Below, piece by piece: positions 29,639 through 39,402 of a DNA stretch of 64,000 nucleotides (position 1 is the first letter of the stretch; every line of letters starts with the position of its first letter). A program made the position numbers and the translations under genes. Under the pieces are notes generated by a model. That model was given only the letters and a program-made list of their open reading frames with translations, was not told the DNA's origin and ran no database searches. Location: assembly GCA_037141455.1 (NCBI GenBank), contig JBAXCN010000008.1:2232-66231 (forward strand), given 5' to 3'. Source of the stretch: Bacteroidota bacterium. GTDB lineage: Bacteria > Bacteroidota > Bacteroidia > UKL13-3.

Positions 29639-30079
29639 ATGAGAAAATTAATTATTACCACTTTCGTAACAGTTGCTAGTTTTATAAGCATCAATGCAAT
29701 TGCGCAAACAACTCCAGCTGAAACTCCAGCATCAGTTGAAACTCCTAACCAAGCAGATATTACTTTTGAAAAAGAAACACACGACTTTGGAACAATTCAA
29801 CAAGGTGTTCCTGCTTCTTACACTTTTGTATTTAAAAATACAGGTAAAGAACCATTAATTATTACTAACGCAGCTGCTGGTTGCGGTTGTACAACACCTG
29901 AGTGGACTAAAGAACCAATTAAACCAGGACAAAAAGGTTTTGTAAAAGCTACTTTTAATGCAGCTTCACCTGGCCCTTTTAACAAGGCAGTAACTGTTCA
30001 AAGCAACGGCAAAAAATCTTCTGTTGTATTAACAATAAAAGGAGATGTAAAAGCTGTTGAAGCACCAAAACAACCTTAA
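29639..30079 (+). CDS. DUF1573 domain protein (secreted)
   Basis: Has a signal peptide (MRKLIITTFVTVASFISINAIAQ) and the FEKETHDFGTI...GCGCTTPEW signature of DUF1573. The ATG at 29639 is preferred over the upstream start at 29558. Confidence 0.8.
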   Translation: MRKLIITTFVTVASFISINAIAQTTPAETPASVETPNQADITFEKETHDFGTIQQGVPASYTFVFKNTGKEPLIITNAAAGCGCTTPEWTKEPIKPGQKGFVKATFNAASPGPFNKAVTVQSNGKKSSVVLTIKGDVKAVEAPKQP

Positions 30080-30095
30080 TTTTTAAAAAAAATAA

Positions 30096-30140
30096 CATAA
30101 AAAAATCCCGATTTGAATTTTAAATCGGGATTTTTTTTTT
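30096..30140. terminator. bidirectional rho-independent terminator
   Basis: A perfect 12-bp stem AAATCCCGATTT/AAATCGGGATTT (30103-30114 / 30122-30133) is flanked by an A-run and a T-run. It sits between two convergent genes. Confidence 0.85.
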
Positions 30141-30441
30141 AATTAGCAGTTCCTACTTTTTCTTCTGTTTTAGTTTCTTCAGATTTTTTACTGCAGCACG
30201 ATTTTTTGGTTTCACATTTTTTCTCTTCCTTTTTGTCAGTGCTTTGTGCAGCCGATTTGTTTTCGGCACTACAACACGATTTTTTGTTCTTCTTACTTTT
30301 TTTTGCAGGTTTAGTTTCTTCTGCTTTTTTAACCTTTTCAGTAGGTGTTACTTCACTTGCCGATGCTTGAGGAGTTGCTGTTTGAGCTTTACTAGCTAAA
30401 GTAAATGCTGCAAATGCTGCAATAATTATTATTTTTTTCAT
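30139..30441 (-). CDS. small secreted Lys/Glu-rich protein with SCCS motifs
   Basis: 100 aa with a signal peptide (MKKIIIIAAFAAFTLASKAQ). The mature part is low-complexity K/E/T-rich with KKSCCS twice and KKCE once. Confidence 0.5.
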   Translation of the reverse strand: MKKIIIIAAFAAFTLASKAQTATPQASASEVTPTEKVKKAEETKPAKKSKKNKKSCCSAENKSAAQSTDKKEEKKCETKKSCCSKKSEETKTEEKVGTAN

Positions 30442-30529
30442 GGTTTTAATATTTAATTCAAAAATAGTAATGTATTTATTAATAACATAACTTTTTTTTA
30501 TTTACATTGTTAAATATTAGTCAACTAAA

Positions 30530-31003
30530 TTATTGATGATGATAGGGTTCTCCTTTTATAATAGTAAAACACCGATACAACTGTTCAATGAACAACAACC
30601 TGATTAATTGATGAGAAAAAGTAAATAAAGAAAACGAGAGTTTTAAATTAGCTCTTTCGTAAACTGATTCGTCAAAACCGTAAGCACCTCCAATTATAAA
30701 TACCAAACTACTTTGTTGGGTGCTTATTTTTTCAATGTAATTTGCAAATTGGATTGAATTATAATTTTTACCATTTTCCTCTAAAAGTATCACAAAATCA
30801 GTTGGTTTTATATTTTTTAAAAATATTTCAGATTCAATTTTCTTTGTTTGGTTTATATCTTTACTTTTATGTTTTGTTGGTAATTCAAATGTTTTGGAAT
30901 CAAATTTACAATAATGAACCAATCGTTTCGAAAATTCTGAAAATCCTTCATCAATAAATTTAAAATGAGTTTTCCCCATTTGTAAAAGCGTTATTTTAAT
31001 CAT
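30530..31003 (-). CDS. rlmH: 23S rRNA (pseudouridine1915-N3)-methyltransferase
   Basis: 157 aa with the SPOUT-type pattern FIIGGAYGF...SFSLFTFSHQLIRLLFIEQLYR...GEPYH. Confidence 0.9.
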   Translation of the reverse strand: MIKITLLQMGKTHFKFIDEGFSEFSKRLVHYCKFDSKTFELPTKHKSKDINQTKKIESEIFLKNIKPTDFVILLEENGKNYNSIQFANYIEKISTQQSSLVFIIGGAYGFDESVYERANLKLSFSLFTFSHQLIRLLFIEQLYRCFTIIKGEPYHHQ

Positions 31004-31793
31004 TACTTTTTGGAATCAAGCTTTTAATTGTTTTGTAATTTTCCTCAAATTTCTCCCCTTTTTTTCCTCCTAATTCTTTCCAATACAAAAGCATTTTTTC
31101 TTTTCGGTTTTCTGATGATGGGTGGGTACTTAAAAATTCTGAAACTTCTTCATTTTCATTATCTTTTGTTAATTTATTAAAAAAACCATTTGCTTCACTA
31201 GCATCGTATTCGGTTTCATACAAATAATTGATGGCACTTTTATCAGCATCGGCCTCATTATTTCGGCTAAATTTTAAACCTATAATATTTTGAGCAAAGT
31301 TTATTAATCCATTTCCATCACCAAAAATTAAACCAATTAAAGCTGATAATCCAACTTGTTTTGCCATATTATCAATGGAATGCCTATTATCTGCATGTGC
31401 TATTTCGTGTCCCATCACTCCTGCTAGTTGAGCTTCGTTATCCAAATAATTTATCAATCCTGTAAAAATATATATTTTACCCCCAGGTAAACAAAATGCA
31501 TTTAATACTGAGTCGTTTATTATTTTTAGCTCCCAATTAAATTCATCAGCATGTTTTACTTTACCCGATTTTAATATTCTTTCTTTTATTAAATTTATTT
31601 TATTGTAAAGTAATTTGTTTTTATTTTCATCCAATATTTCATTTTTATACATCAAATCATATTGGTTTTGAGCTTGTTCACCTAACTCTTTGTCAATTGA
31701 TGTACTTATATAGTTTTTCCATCCATTTCCGCAAGAACTAAATACAACCGTTAGTGTTAAATAAATGACTAAGTGTTTTATTGGAGATTTCAT
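30996..31793 (-). CDS. M48 family metallopeptidase (lipoprotein-like)
   Basis: 265 aa with an HEIAHADNRH zinc motif and an N-terminal signal with Cys (VFSSC). Confidence 0.8.
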   Translation of the reverse strand: MKSPIKHLVIYLTLTVVFSSCGNGWKNYISTSIDKELGEQAQNQYDLMYKNEILDENKNKLLYNKINLIKERILKSGKVKHADEFNWELKIINDSVLNAFCLPGGKIYIFTGLINYLDNEAQLAGVMGHEIAHADNRHSIDNMAKQVGLSALIGLIFGDGNGLINFAQNIIGLKFSRNNEADADKSAINYLYETEYDASEANGFFNKLTKDNENEEVSEFLSTHPSSENRKEKMLLYWKELGGKKGEKFEENYKTIKSLIPKSND

Positions 31794-31893
31794 TGATTTT
31801 ATTTTTTTACAAATTTAATAACATTTAAATCATTATTTACAAAAACACTTTTTGCAAAGCCTTATAATTATATATTCGCGACACTTTTTAAAA

Positions 31894-34230
31894 ATGAAAA
31901 AACAAGTATTTTACACTCTTATAATTATATTTTTGGGCTTAAATAGTTTTGCTCAAATAAATCAATATGGAAGAATTAAAGGTTTAGTTGTAGATAAAGA
32001 CAATGGAGACCCAATTATTTCAGCAAATATTAAAATAGTTGAATTACCTAATATAATTGTTCAGTCTGATAATAACGGAATTTATGTTATTACTAAAATT
32101 CCTTATGGAAAATACACAGTTAGGTTTGCTTACATTGGCTACGAAACTAAAATACTTGAAGTTGATATAAACAACGAAGAACCTATTCAGCTTAATTTTA
32201 ATGTAGTAAAGAAAAAAAATCAATTAAACGAAATTACAGTAAGTGGCGAAAGAGAAAAAGCCAAAGAAAATGTAAATATTTCAACAAATACCATCACTCA
32301 AAAAGAATTATCAAGATTACCAACCTTTGGTGGAGAACCCGATTTAGTTCAGTATCTACAAGTTTTACCTGGAGTAAATTTTAGTGGTGACCAAGGTGGT
32401 CAATTATATATGAGAGGCGGGCCGCCAATTATGAATAAAGTAATGCTTGATGGTATGATAATTTATAATCCATTCCATTCAATAGGTTTGTTTAGTGTTT
32501 TTGATGCAGATTTAATTAAAACGGCAGACGTAAGTGCTGGTGGATTTAATGTTCAATATGGTGGTAGAATTTCAGGAGTTATTGATGTTAGCTCCAGAGA
32601 TGGTCATAGAAATGGGCTTTCTGGAAAATTAAGTATAAATCCTATTTCAGCTAAAATTCACATTGAAGGTCCATTATCAAAATATGTGGAAGGCGATGGT
32701 TCTTCTTCTTTTATTCTATCTTATAAAACCTCTTATTTAGATAAAACAGCTCCTATTTTTTATAAAAATGCTGACCCAGAAAATGGATTGCCTTATGGTT
32801 TTAACGATTTGTATGGAAAATACTCTTTTACAGGATCTAACGGAACCAAAGCAAGTTTTTTTGGTTTTCGTTTCGATGATAGGTCACAATTTAATAAGTT
32901 GAATTACGATTGGGCTAACTCAGGTTTCGGAACTAATTTATTAATTATACCTGATGGAAGCAGTACTTTAATAAATATTGCGGCTGGTTATTCTAATTAT
33001 CAAATAAATTTACTTGAGTCAACTGGCCGACCGCGTTCAAGTGGGATTAATAATTTTAATACCCTTTTTGGATTTACCAATTACTTTGGAAAAGATGATT
33101 TGAAGTATGGTTTTGAAGTGGTGGGTTTTAATACAGTTTATAAATACAATAACTCTACTGGAGGAAATGTAAAACAAGAAAATACAAATACCGAAGCAAG
33201 TGCATTTGTAAAATATAAAAAGGTAATAGGAAGCAGATTGGTTTTAGAACCTGGCATTAGAGCAGTTTATTATGCCTCACTTTCAGAAAGCAGTTTTGAA
33301 CCAAGATTTGGAGCCAAATACAATGCAACTTCTTTTTTAAGGTTTAAAGGTGCTGCGGGTATGTATTCACAAAATTTAATAAGTGCAGTAAGCGACCAAG
33401 ATGTGGTAAATTTGTTTTATGGGTTTTTATCAAGCCCGCAAGATATTTCTAAAAATGGAGACTTGGCAAACAACAATAGTAAAATACAAACTGCTTGGCA
33501 TACCGCTTTTGGTTTTGAATACGATATTATATATAATAACAAACGAAAACTAAATTTAAATGCGGAGGCTTTTTATAAAAACTTTAATCAAATTATAAGC
33601 ATAAATAGATATAAAATTTATGAAAACGATGCTTCAAATAATTCAAAAAGCGATTTGTTTAAATTAGATTATATTGCAGAAAGAGGCTTAAGTTATGGAG
33701 CTGATGCTACTTTAAAATACGAAACCAAACTGTTAAATATTTGGGCAGTTTATTCATTGACTTTTGTTACAAGAAACGATGGTGTTGTTGGAGATTACAC
33801 ACCTCATTTTGATAGAAGACACAATTTTAATATTGTAATTAATCAAAGTTGGGGCAACAAAAAGAATCCAACTGCTTGGACAGCCAATTTGCGTTGGAAT
33901 TTTGGATCGGGTTTTCCTTTTACACAAACACAAGGATTGTATGAAAAACTTAATTTTGCAGGAAATATAAGTACTAACCCATTAGACCAAAATGGCAGTT
34001 TAGGAGTTTATTATGAACAATTAAATACAGGTCGTTTGCCTTATTTTCATAGGTTAGATGCATCAATTACTAGGAAAATAAATGTATCTAAAAAGTCAGT
34101 TTTAAATATCACTTTGGCAGCTACCAATGTTTATAACCGTGAAAATATTTTTTACTTCGATGTACTAAATTATAAACGAATAAACCAATTGCCTTTTTTA
34201 CCTACATTAGGTTTTAACCTTAACTTTTAA
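31894..34230 (+). CDS. TonB-dependent receptor with CarboxypepD_reg-like N-domain
   Basis: The ATG at 31894 gives a signal peptide (MKKQVFYTLIIIFLGLNSFAQ). This is followed by a GRIKGLVVDKDNGDPIISANI carboxypeptidase-regulatory-like domain, a plug region and a C-terminal barrel ending in F. Confidence 0.85.
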   Translation: MKKQVFYTLIIIFLGLNSFAQINQYGRIKGLVVDKDNGDPIISANIKIVELPNIIVQSDNNGIYVITKIPYGKYTVRFAYIGYETKILEVDINNEEPIQLNFNVVKKKNQLNEITVSGEREKAKENVNISTNTITQKELSRLPTFGGEPDLVQYLQVLPGVNFSGDQGGQLYMRGGPPIMNKVMLDGMIIYNPFHSIGLFSVFDADLIKTADVSAGGFNVQYGGRISGVIDVSSRDGHRNGLSGKLSINPISAKIHIEGPLSKYVEGDGSSSFILSYKTSYLDKTAPIFYKNADPENGLPYGFNDLYGKYSFTGSNGTKASFFGFRFDDRSQFNKLNYDWANSGFGTNLLIIPDGSSTLINIAAGYSNYQINLLESTGRPRSSGINNFNTLFGFTNYFGKDDLKYGFEVVGFNTVYKYNNSTGGNVKQENTNTEASAFVKYKKVIGSRLVLEPGIRAVYYASLSESSFEPRFGAKYNATSFLRFKGAAGMYSQNLISAVSDQDVVNLFYGFLSSPQDISKNGDLANNNSKIQTAWHTAFGFEYDIIYNNKRKLNLNAEAFYKNFNQIISINRYKIYENDASNNSKSDLFKLDYIAERGLSYGADATLKYETKLLNIWAVYSLTFVTRNDGVVGDYTPHFDRRHNFNIVINQSWGNKKNPTAWTANLRWNFGSGFPFTQTQGLYEKLNFAGNISTNPLDQNGSLGVYYEQLNTGRLPYFHRLDASITRKINVSKKSVLNITLAATNVYNRENIFYFDVLNYKRINQLPFLPTLGFNLNF

Positions 34231-34435
34231 AAAAAAATAAAAAATTATAAAGCCGCTACATTTAAATTGTAATGGCTTTTTTTAATACGTTTAAAACTAC
34301 TTAACTATTAAGCTACACACATTTTCTGCACTTATTTATCTAATTTTCAAGCTTACTTGATATTTGGTTTGTATAACGTTATTTTCGCGCCACTTTAAAA
34401 ATCCAAATTGGGTTTTTATGCAATTTTTATAGAAA

Positions 34436-37400
34436 ATGACCAAATACAAAGAATATAAAAAACTTGATTTTCCTGCTTTTGAGCAAGACATATTAAAGTT
34501 TTGGGCCGATGAAAAAATATTTGAAAAAAGTGTAACCAATCGTAAAGATGCAAAACCTTTTGTGTTTTACGAAGGGCCACCAAGTGCCAATGGAATGCCT
34601 GGTATTCATCACGTAATGAGTAGGGCAATTAAAGATATTTTTTGTAGATACAATACTTTAAAAGGGTTTCAAGTAAAGCGTAAAGCAGGCTGGGATACTC
34701 ATGGTTTGCCAGTAGAATTACAGGTAGAAAAAACGATGGGAATTACCAAAGAAGATATTGGTAAAACCATTTCAATAGAAGAATATAACGAAGCTTGTCG
34801 AAAAGATGTGATGAAATATACTGATGTGTGGAATGAATTAACCACCCGCATTGGCTATTGGGTTGATTTGAATGACCCTTACATTACCTATGAAAACAAT
34901 TACATTGAAAGCCTATGGTGGATACTGAAACAATTGCACAACAAAGGTTTTTTGTACAAAGGTTATACTATTCAGCCATACTCGCCAGCTGCGGGAACAG
35001 GTTTAAGCTCGCATGAGTTAAACCAACCTGGCACCTATAAGGATGTGAAAGACATGACCGCTGTGGCTATGTTTAAAATGGTTGATAGTTCACAGTTGTC
35101 AGTTGATAGCAGTAAATCGGTTGCTGAGCAAAGCCGAAGCACCGAACCCATATACTTTTTAGCATGGACTACTACGCCTTGGACATTGCCATCAAATACT
35201 GCATTGGCAGTTGGAGCAAAAATTGATTATGTGTTGGTAAAAACAGTGAATCAGTTTAGCCATGAAGTGGTAAATGTAATTTTAGCTAAAAATTTAGTTG
35301 GTAAATACTTTAAAACAGAGCAAGCTGATTTAAAATTTGAAGATTATAAAGCAGGTGATAAATTAGTTCCTTACCAAATTTTAGCTGAGTATAAAGGCAA
35401 AGATTTAGCAGGAATAAAGTACGAGCAATTATTGCCTTTTGCTGAAGTAACCGATGGAAAAAGCTTTGAAGTAATTACTGGTGATTTTGTAACCATTGAA
35501 GATGGAACAGGAATCGTACACATTGCGCCCAGTTTTGGTGCAGACGATTTTAGGGTTGCAAAGCAAAATGGAATTGGTTCACTTACTTTGGTGGACAAAC
35601 GAGGAAAGTTTTTACCTGAAGTAAATGACGATTTGTTTCTGTATGGCGAAGAATTTGTTAAAGAAGCATATTTAAATGATGCGGAAAAAGCAGCAGCTTT
35701 GGCAATACAAAAAGAAAAATTGCAAGGTTTTATAAAAGACACCAGTAAGTTGAGTTATTTAAGTGTGGATGATCGAATCACTTTGAAATTACAAAACGAA
35801 AACAAGTTATTTAAAAAAGAAAAATACGACCATACTTATCCGCATTGTTGGAGAACCGATAAACCTATTTTATATTATCCATTAGAAAGTTGGTTTATTA
35901 AAACTACAGCTGTAAAAGATAAATTAGTAGATAACAATGCTAAAATAAACTGGAAACCTGCAAGTACAGGAAGCGGAAGATTTGGAAATTGGTTAGAAAA
36001 CTTGGTAGATTGGAATCTTTCCCGCTCACGTTATTGGGGAACTCCACTGCCAATTTGGAGAACAGAAGATGGATTAGAAGAAAAATGTATTGGTTCAAAA
36101 GCTGAATTGACTGCTGAATTTGAAAAGGCGGTAAAAGCTGGATTTAACGAAAATTCGAAATTCGAAGTGTTGGTTGGAGAGGACGCCAACCAAGGACATA
36201 GCCTAGATATTGATTTACACAAACCATTTGTGGATGATGTAATTTTAGTTTCAGAATCAGGAAAACCAATGAAGCGAGAGACTGATTTGATTGATGTGTG
36301 GTTCGATAGCGGAGCAATGCCTTATGCTCAGTGGAATTTTATGGGTAAAGATTCAACCGAGGAAGCGAAAACACAGTTTGAATCTTCGTATCCTGCCGAT
36401 TACATTGCCGAAGGTGTGGATCAAACTCGTGGTTGGTTCTTTACTTTGCATGCATTAGCAGTTTTATTGAACGAAACTTCAGACGAAATAAAAGCATTTA
36501 ACGAAAAATCAGGAAATCCTGGAATTGCATTTAAAAATGTAATTGCGAATGGTTTGGTGTTAGATAAAAATGGCCAAAAAATGAGCAAGCGTTTGGGAAA
36601 TGTGGTGGATCCATTTACCACTATTGCCAAATATGGAGCTGATGCTACTCGCTGGTACATGATTAGTAACAACGATCCGTGGGATAATTTAAAGTTTGAT
36701 TTAGAGGGAATAGGAGAGAGCCAACGTAAGTTTTTTGGGACATTGTATAACACCTATTCATTTTTTGCCATTTATGCCAATATTGATGGATTTGTATATG
36801 ATGAAAACAATATTGTTACTGTAAAAGATCGCACCGAACTAGACCGTTGGATTATTAGTAAATTGAACAGTTTGATAAAATTAGTGAGCGAGAAAATGGA
36901 CGATTACGATCCAACTCCAGCAGCCAGAGCTATTGAAGAATTTGTAGGTGATCATCTTTCTAATTGGTATGTTCGATTAAGTCGCAGGCGGTTTTGGAAA
37001 GGCGAAATGAATAATGAGAAAAAAGCTGCTTATGAAACTTTGTACGAATGTTTGGAAACAGTAAGTCAGTTAATGAGCAGTGTGGCTCCCTTTTTTGCAG
37101 ATTGGTTATACAGGAATTTGAATGAAAGCTTATTGACTTCTGGAAAAAACACTTTGCAATCAGTTCATTTAACAAATTTAAAAATTGCAAATGTTCATTT
37201 AATTGATTTAGTTTTAGAAGAACAAATGGATTATGCGCAACGCATATCTTCGTTGGTTTTATCAATTAGGAAAAAGGAAAACATTAAAGTTCGTCAGCCA
37301 TTGCAACGCATATTAATTCCGGTAATTGACCAAAGAATTAAAGATGAAATTACACATGTAAAAGATTTGATTTTAGCCGAAGTAAATGTAAAAGAGTTAG

Positions 37401-37939
37401 AATATATTGATGCAATTGATAAATCGATTAAACCAAATTTTAAAACATTAGGTAAAAAAGTTGGAGCTAAAATGAAAGAAGTTGCCGAAGCAATTCTATT
37501 ATTTGATCAAAATAAAATAGCAGAATTAGAACAAAATGGCAAATCAAATTTATTAATTGGAACAGAAACTATAGAAATACTAATTGAAGACGTAGAAATA
37601 TTATCGAAAGAGATAAAAGGATTTAAAGTAGCAAATGAAGGAAAAATTACTGTAGCTTTAGACATTGAATTAGATGAAAAACTTGTTTTAGAGGGAATTG
37701 CCAGAGAATTAATAAGTAAACTACAAACGATGAGAAAAGAAAGTGGGTTGGCTGTTATGGATAAAATTAACGTACAAGTTGCTGACAATCTATATACAAA
37801 TGCATCATTATCTACTTATAATTCATATATTTGCACCGAAATTTTAGCAAACTCAATACAAATAGTTGACAATGTGGAAGATGGTATTGAGATTGATATA
37901 AATGAATACTTAATTAAAGTTAAAATTTTTAAGGATTAA
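34436..37939 (+). CDS. ileS: isoleucine--tRNA ligase (long, type 2 form)
   Basis: 1167 aa with a HIGH-type motif (PSANGMPGIHH), a KMSKR motif (QKMSKRLGN) and the WTTTPWTLPSN editing-domain motif. Confidence 0.97.
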   Translation: MTKYKEYKKLDFPAFEQDILKFWADEKIFEKSVTNRKDAKPFVFYEGPPSANGMPGIHHVMSRAIKDIFCRYNTLKGFQVKRKAGWDTHGLPVELQVEKTMGITKEDIGKTISIEEYNEACRKDVMKYTDVWNELTTRIGYWVDLNDPYITYENNYIESLWWILKQLHNKGFLYKGYTIQPYSPAAGTGLSSHELNQPGTYKDVKDMTAVAMFKMVDSSQLSVDSSKSVAEQSRSTEPIYFLAWTTTPWTLPSNTALAVGAKIDYVLVKTVNQFSHEVVNVILAKNLVGKYFKTEQADLKFEDYKAGDKLVPYQILAEYKGKDLAGIKYEQLLPFAEVTDGKSFEVITGDFVTIEDGTGIVHIAPSFGADDFRVAKQNGIGSLTLVDKRGKFLPEVNDDLFLYGEEFVKEAYLNDAEKAAALAIQKEKLQGFIKDTSKLSYLSVDDRITLKLQNENKLFKKEKYDHTYPHCWRTDKPILYYPLESWFIKTTAVKDKLVDNNAKINWKPASTGSGRFGNWLENLVDWNLSRSRYWGTPLPIWRTEDGLEEKCIGSKAELTAEFEKAVKAGFNENSKFEVLVGEDANQGHSLDIDLHKPFVDDVILVSESGKPMKRETDLIDVWFDSGAMPYAQWNFMGKDSTEEAKTQFESSYPADYIAEGVDQTRGWFFTLHALAVLLNETSDEIKAFNEKSGNPGIAFKNVIANGLVLDKNGQKMSKRLGNVVDPFTTIAKYGADATRWYMISNNDPWDNLKFDLEGIGESQRKFFGTLYNTYSFFAIYANIDGFVYDENNIVTVKDRTELDRWIISKLNSLIKLVSEKMDDYDPTPAARAIEEFVGDHLSNWYVRLSRRRFWKGEMNNEKKAAYETLYECLETVSQLMSSVAPFFADWLYRNLNESLLTSGKNTLQSVHLTNLKIANVHLIDLVLEEQMDYAQRISSLVLSIRKKENIKVRQPLQRILIPVIDQRIKDEITHVKDLILAEVNVKELEYIDAIDKSIKPNFKTLGKKVGAKMKEVAEAILLFDQNKIAELEQNGKSNLLIGTETIEILIEDVEILSKEIKGFKVANEGKITVALDIELDEKLVLEGIARELISKLQTMRKESGLAVMDKINVQVADNLYTNASLSTYNSYICTEILANSIQIVDNVEDGIEIDINEYLIKVKIFKD

Positions 37940-37945
37940 ATCAGA

Positions 37946-39334
37946 ATGGCAAAAAAAATTGTTAAAAAAGCACCTGCGAAAAAAGTTGTAGCAAAAAAAA
38001 TTGTTAAAAAAGTAGCAGCAAAAAAAGTAATTGCAAATAAAGCAGTCGCCAAAAAAACTCAACCTGCAAAAGTAGCAAAGAAAATAATTAAAAAAGCACC
38101 ATTAAAAAAGGTGGCTTCAAAAAAGGCAGTGTCTAAAAACATTTCTAAAGTAGTAAAAAAGGCTTTACCAGCAAAACCAATAAAAAAAGCGAATTTACAA
38201 AAAGTAGCTGTTAAAAATGTTGTTTCTAAAAAAGGAGCCGTTAAAAAAACTGTAGCTAAAAAAGTAATTACAAAAAAACCAATAGCTAAAAATGCTGTTG
38301 TGAAAAAAGCCATTGCTAAAAAAGTAAAAGTTGCTGTAAAGAAAATAGCTAAAGTTGTAAAGGTTTTAAAGAATAAAGCAAAAAACATTAACAAAGCAAT
38401 AGCTAAAAAAGTTACTCCAAATAAAGTTTTATTTAAAAAAGTTGCTCCAAAAAAAGCAATAGCAGTAAAGAAAGTTGCTAAAAAAGCTACTCCAATAAAA
38501 GCAATTTCAGCAAAGAAGGTAGATAAAAAGGTAGCATCAATAAAAAAAGCAATAAAAGTTGTTGTTGCCAATAAATTGAGTAAAAAAGATACTAAACAAA
38601 CTATAAAAGCAGTTGAAGTAAAGAAAACAGTTGCTAAAAAGCCAGCTTTAGTGGTAAATAATAAGATAAAAGAAGTAAAATCAATTTTAAAGAACAAACC
38701 ATTAGCGGTTAAAAAAACTAATAAAGTTGAAAAAATTAAAGCTACAAAAGAACCTAAAAAAGAATTAATTAAGGTATCAAAAAATAAAATTAAAGCAATT
38801 GAAACCAAGCCTGTTGAAATTATTAAGCCAATAATTAAACATGAAGATAATAAAAAAGCTATTCCAACTGCAAAACAAAAAGCTGAAAAGAAGAAGGATT
38901 TACAATCACAATCTCCTACGCCTTATAGATATGAAGTAAAAACTTTGGAAATGGCTACAGAAGCAAAACGTTATAGTGATGTTGATTTAGCAGAATTTAA
39001 AGAAATTATTTTAAAGAAAATAACTTCAGCAAAAGTTGAGTTAACAAATTTGTTAGATCAAATGCAAAACCCTAATGCCAATGGAGGAAACGATACTGAT
39101 AGCAGTTACCAAACATTAGAAGATGGTCAGTCGAGCAGCGAAAAAGAGCAACTAAGTCAGTTGGCTGCAAGACAAAGAAAGTTTATTGAAAACTTGGAAA
39201 ACGCACTTACACGTATTGAAAACAAAACGTATGGTATTTGTAAAGTTACAGGTAAATTAATTGCAAAAGAACGTTTACGTGCGGTACCTCACACTACCTT
39301 AAGCATGGAAGCTAAATTACAACAATACAAATAG
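37946..39334 (+). CDS. DksA/TraR-like regulator with 335-aa Lys/Ala-rich N-terminal extension
   Basis: The C-terminal 127 aa (from the internal ATG at 38951) look like the Cys-poor DksA/TraR type usually found between ileS and lspA (KRYSD..LAEFKEII...YGICKVTGKLIAKERLRAVPHTTLS). The preceding ~1 kb is an uninterrupted in-frame KKxAxKK-type repeat region. Confidence 0.65.
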   Translation: MAKKIVKKAPAKKVVAKKIVKKVAAKKVIANKAVAKKTQPAKVAKKIIKKAPLKKVASKKAVSKNISKVVKKALPAKPIKKANLQKVAVKNVVSKKGAVKKTVAKKVITKKPIAKNAVVKKAIAKKVKVAVKKIAKVVKVLKNKAKNINKAIAKKVTPNKVLFKKVAPKKAIAVKKVAKKATPIKAISAKKVDKKVASIKKAIKVVVANKLSKKDTKQTIKAVEVKKTVAKKPALVVNNKIKEVKSILKNKPLAVKKTNKVEKIKATKEPKKELIKVSKNKIKAIETKPVEIIKPIIKHEDNKKAIPTAKQKAEKKKDLQSQSPTPYRYEVKTLEMATEAKRYSDVDLAEFKEIILKKITSAKVELTNLLDQMQNPNANGGNDTDSSYQTLEDGQSSSEKEQLSQLAARQRKFIENLENALTRIENKTYGICKVTGKLIAKERLRAVPHTTLSMEAKLQQYK

Positions 39335-39357
39335 TTTTAAAATAATCATAAATATTA

Positions 39358-39393
39358 ATAGAGACGTAATTAACTTTGCGTCTCTATTTTTTT
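39358..39393 (+). terminator. rho-independent terminator
   Basis: A 9-bp stem ATAGAGACG/CGTCTCTAT (39358-39366 / 39379-39387) is followed by a T-run. It lies inside the track's 5' extension of lspA, arguing for the lspA start at 39403. Confidence 0.7.
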
Positions 39394-39402
39394 AAAAAAA
39401 CA

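Noticed and set aside
34336-34628. Two minus-strand ORFs (67 and 70 aa) across the ileS start region
   Set aside because: They overlap the ileS 5' end and leader in antisense, with no features. I also looked here for a T-box or other leader structure and saw none convincing.
38059-38808. 249-aa Phe-rich ORF antisense to the Lys/Ala-rich region of the dksA-like gene
   Set aside because: It is the mirror image of AAA/GCN-rich low-complexity coding DNA (AAA read as TTT). It has no start context and no independent signal, so the open frame is a compositional by-product.
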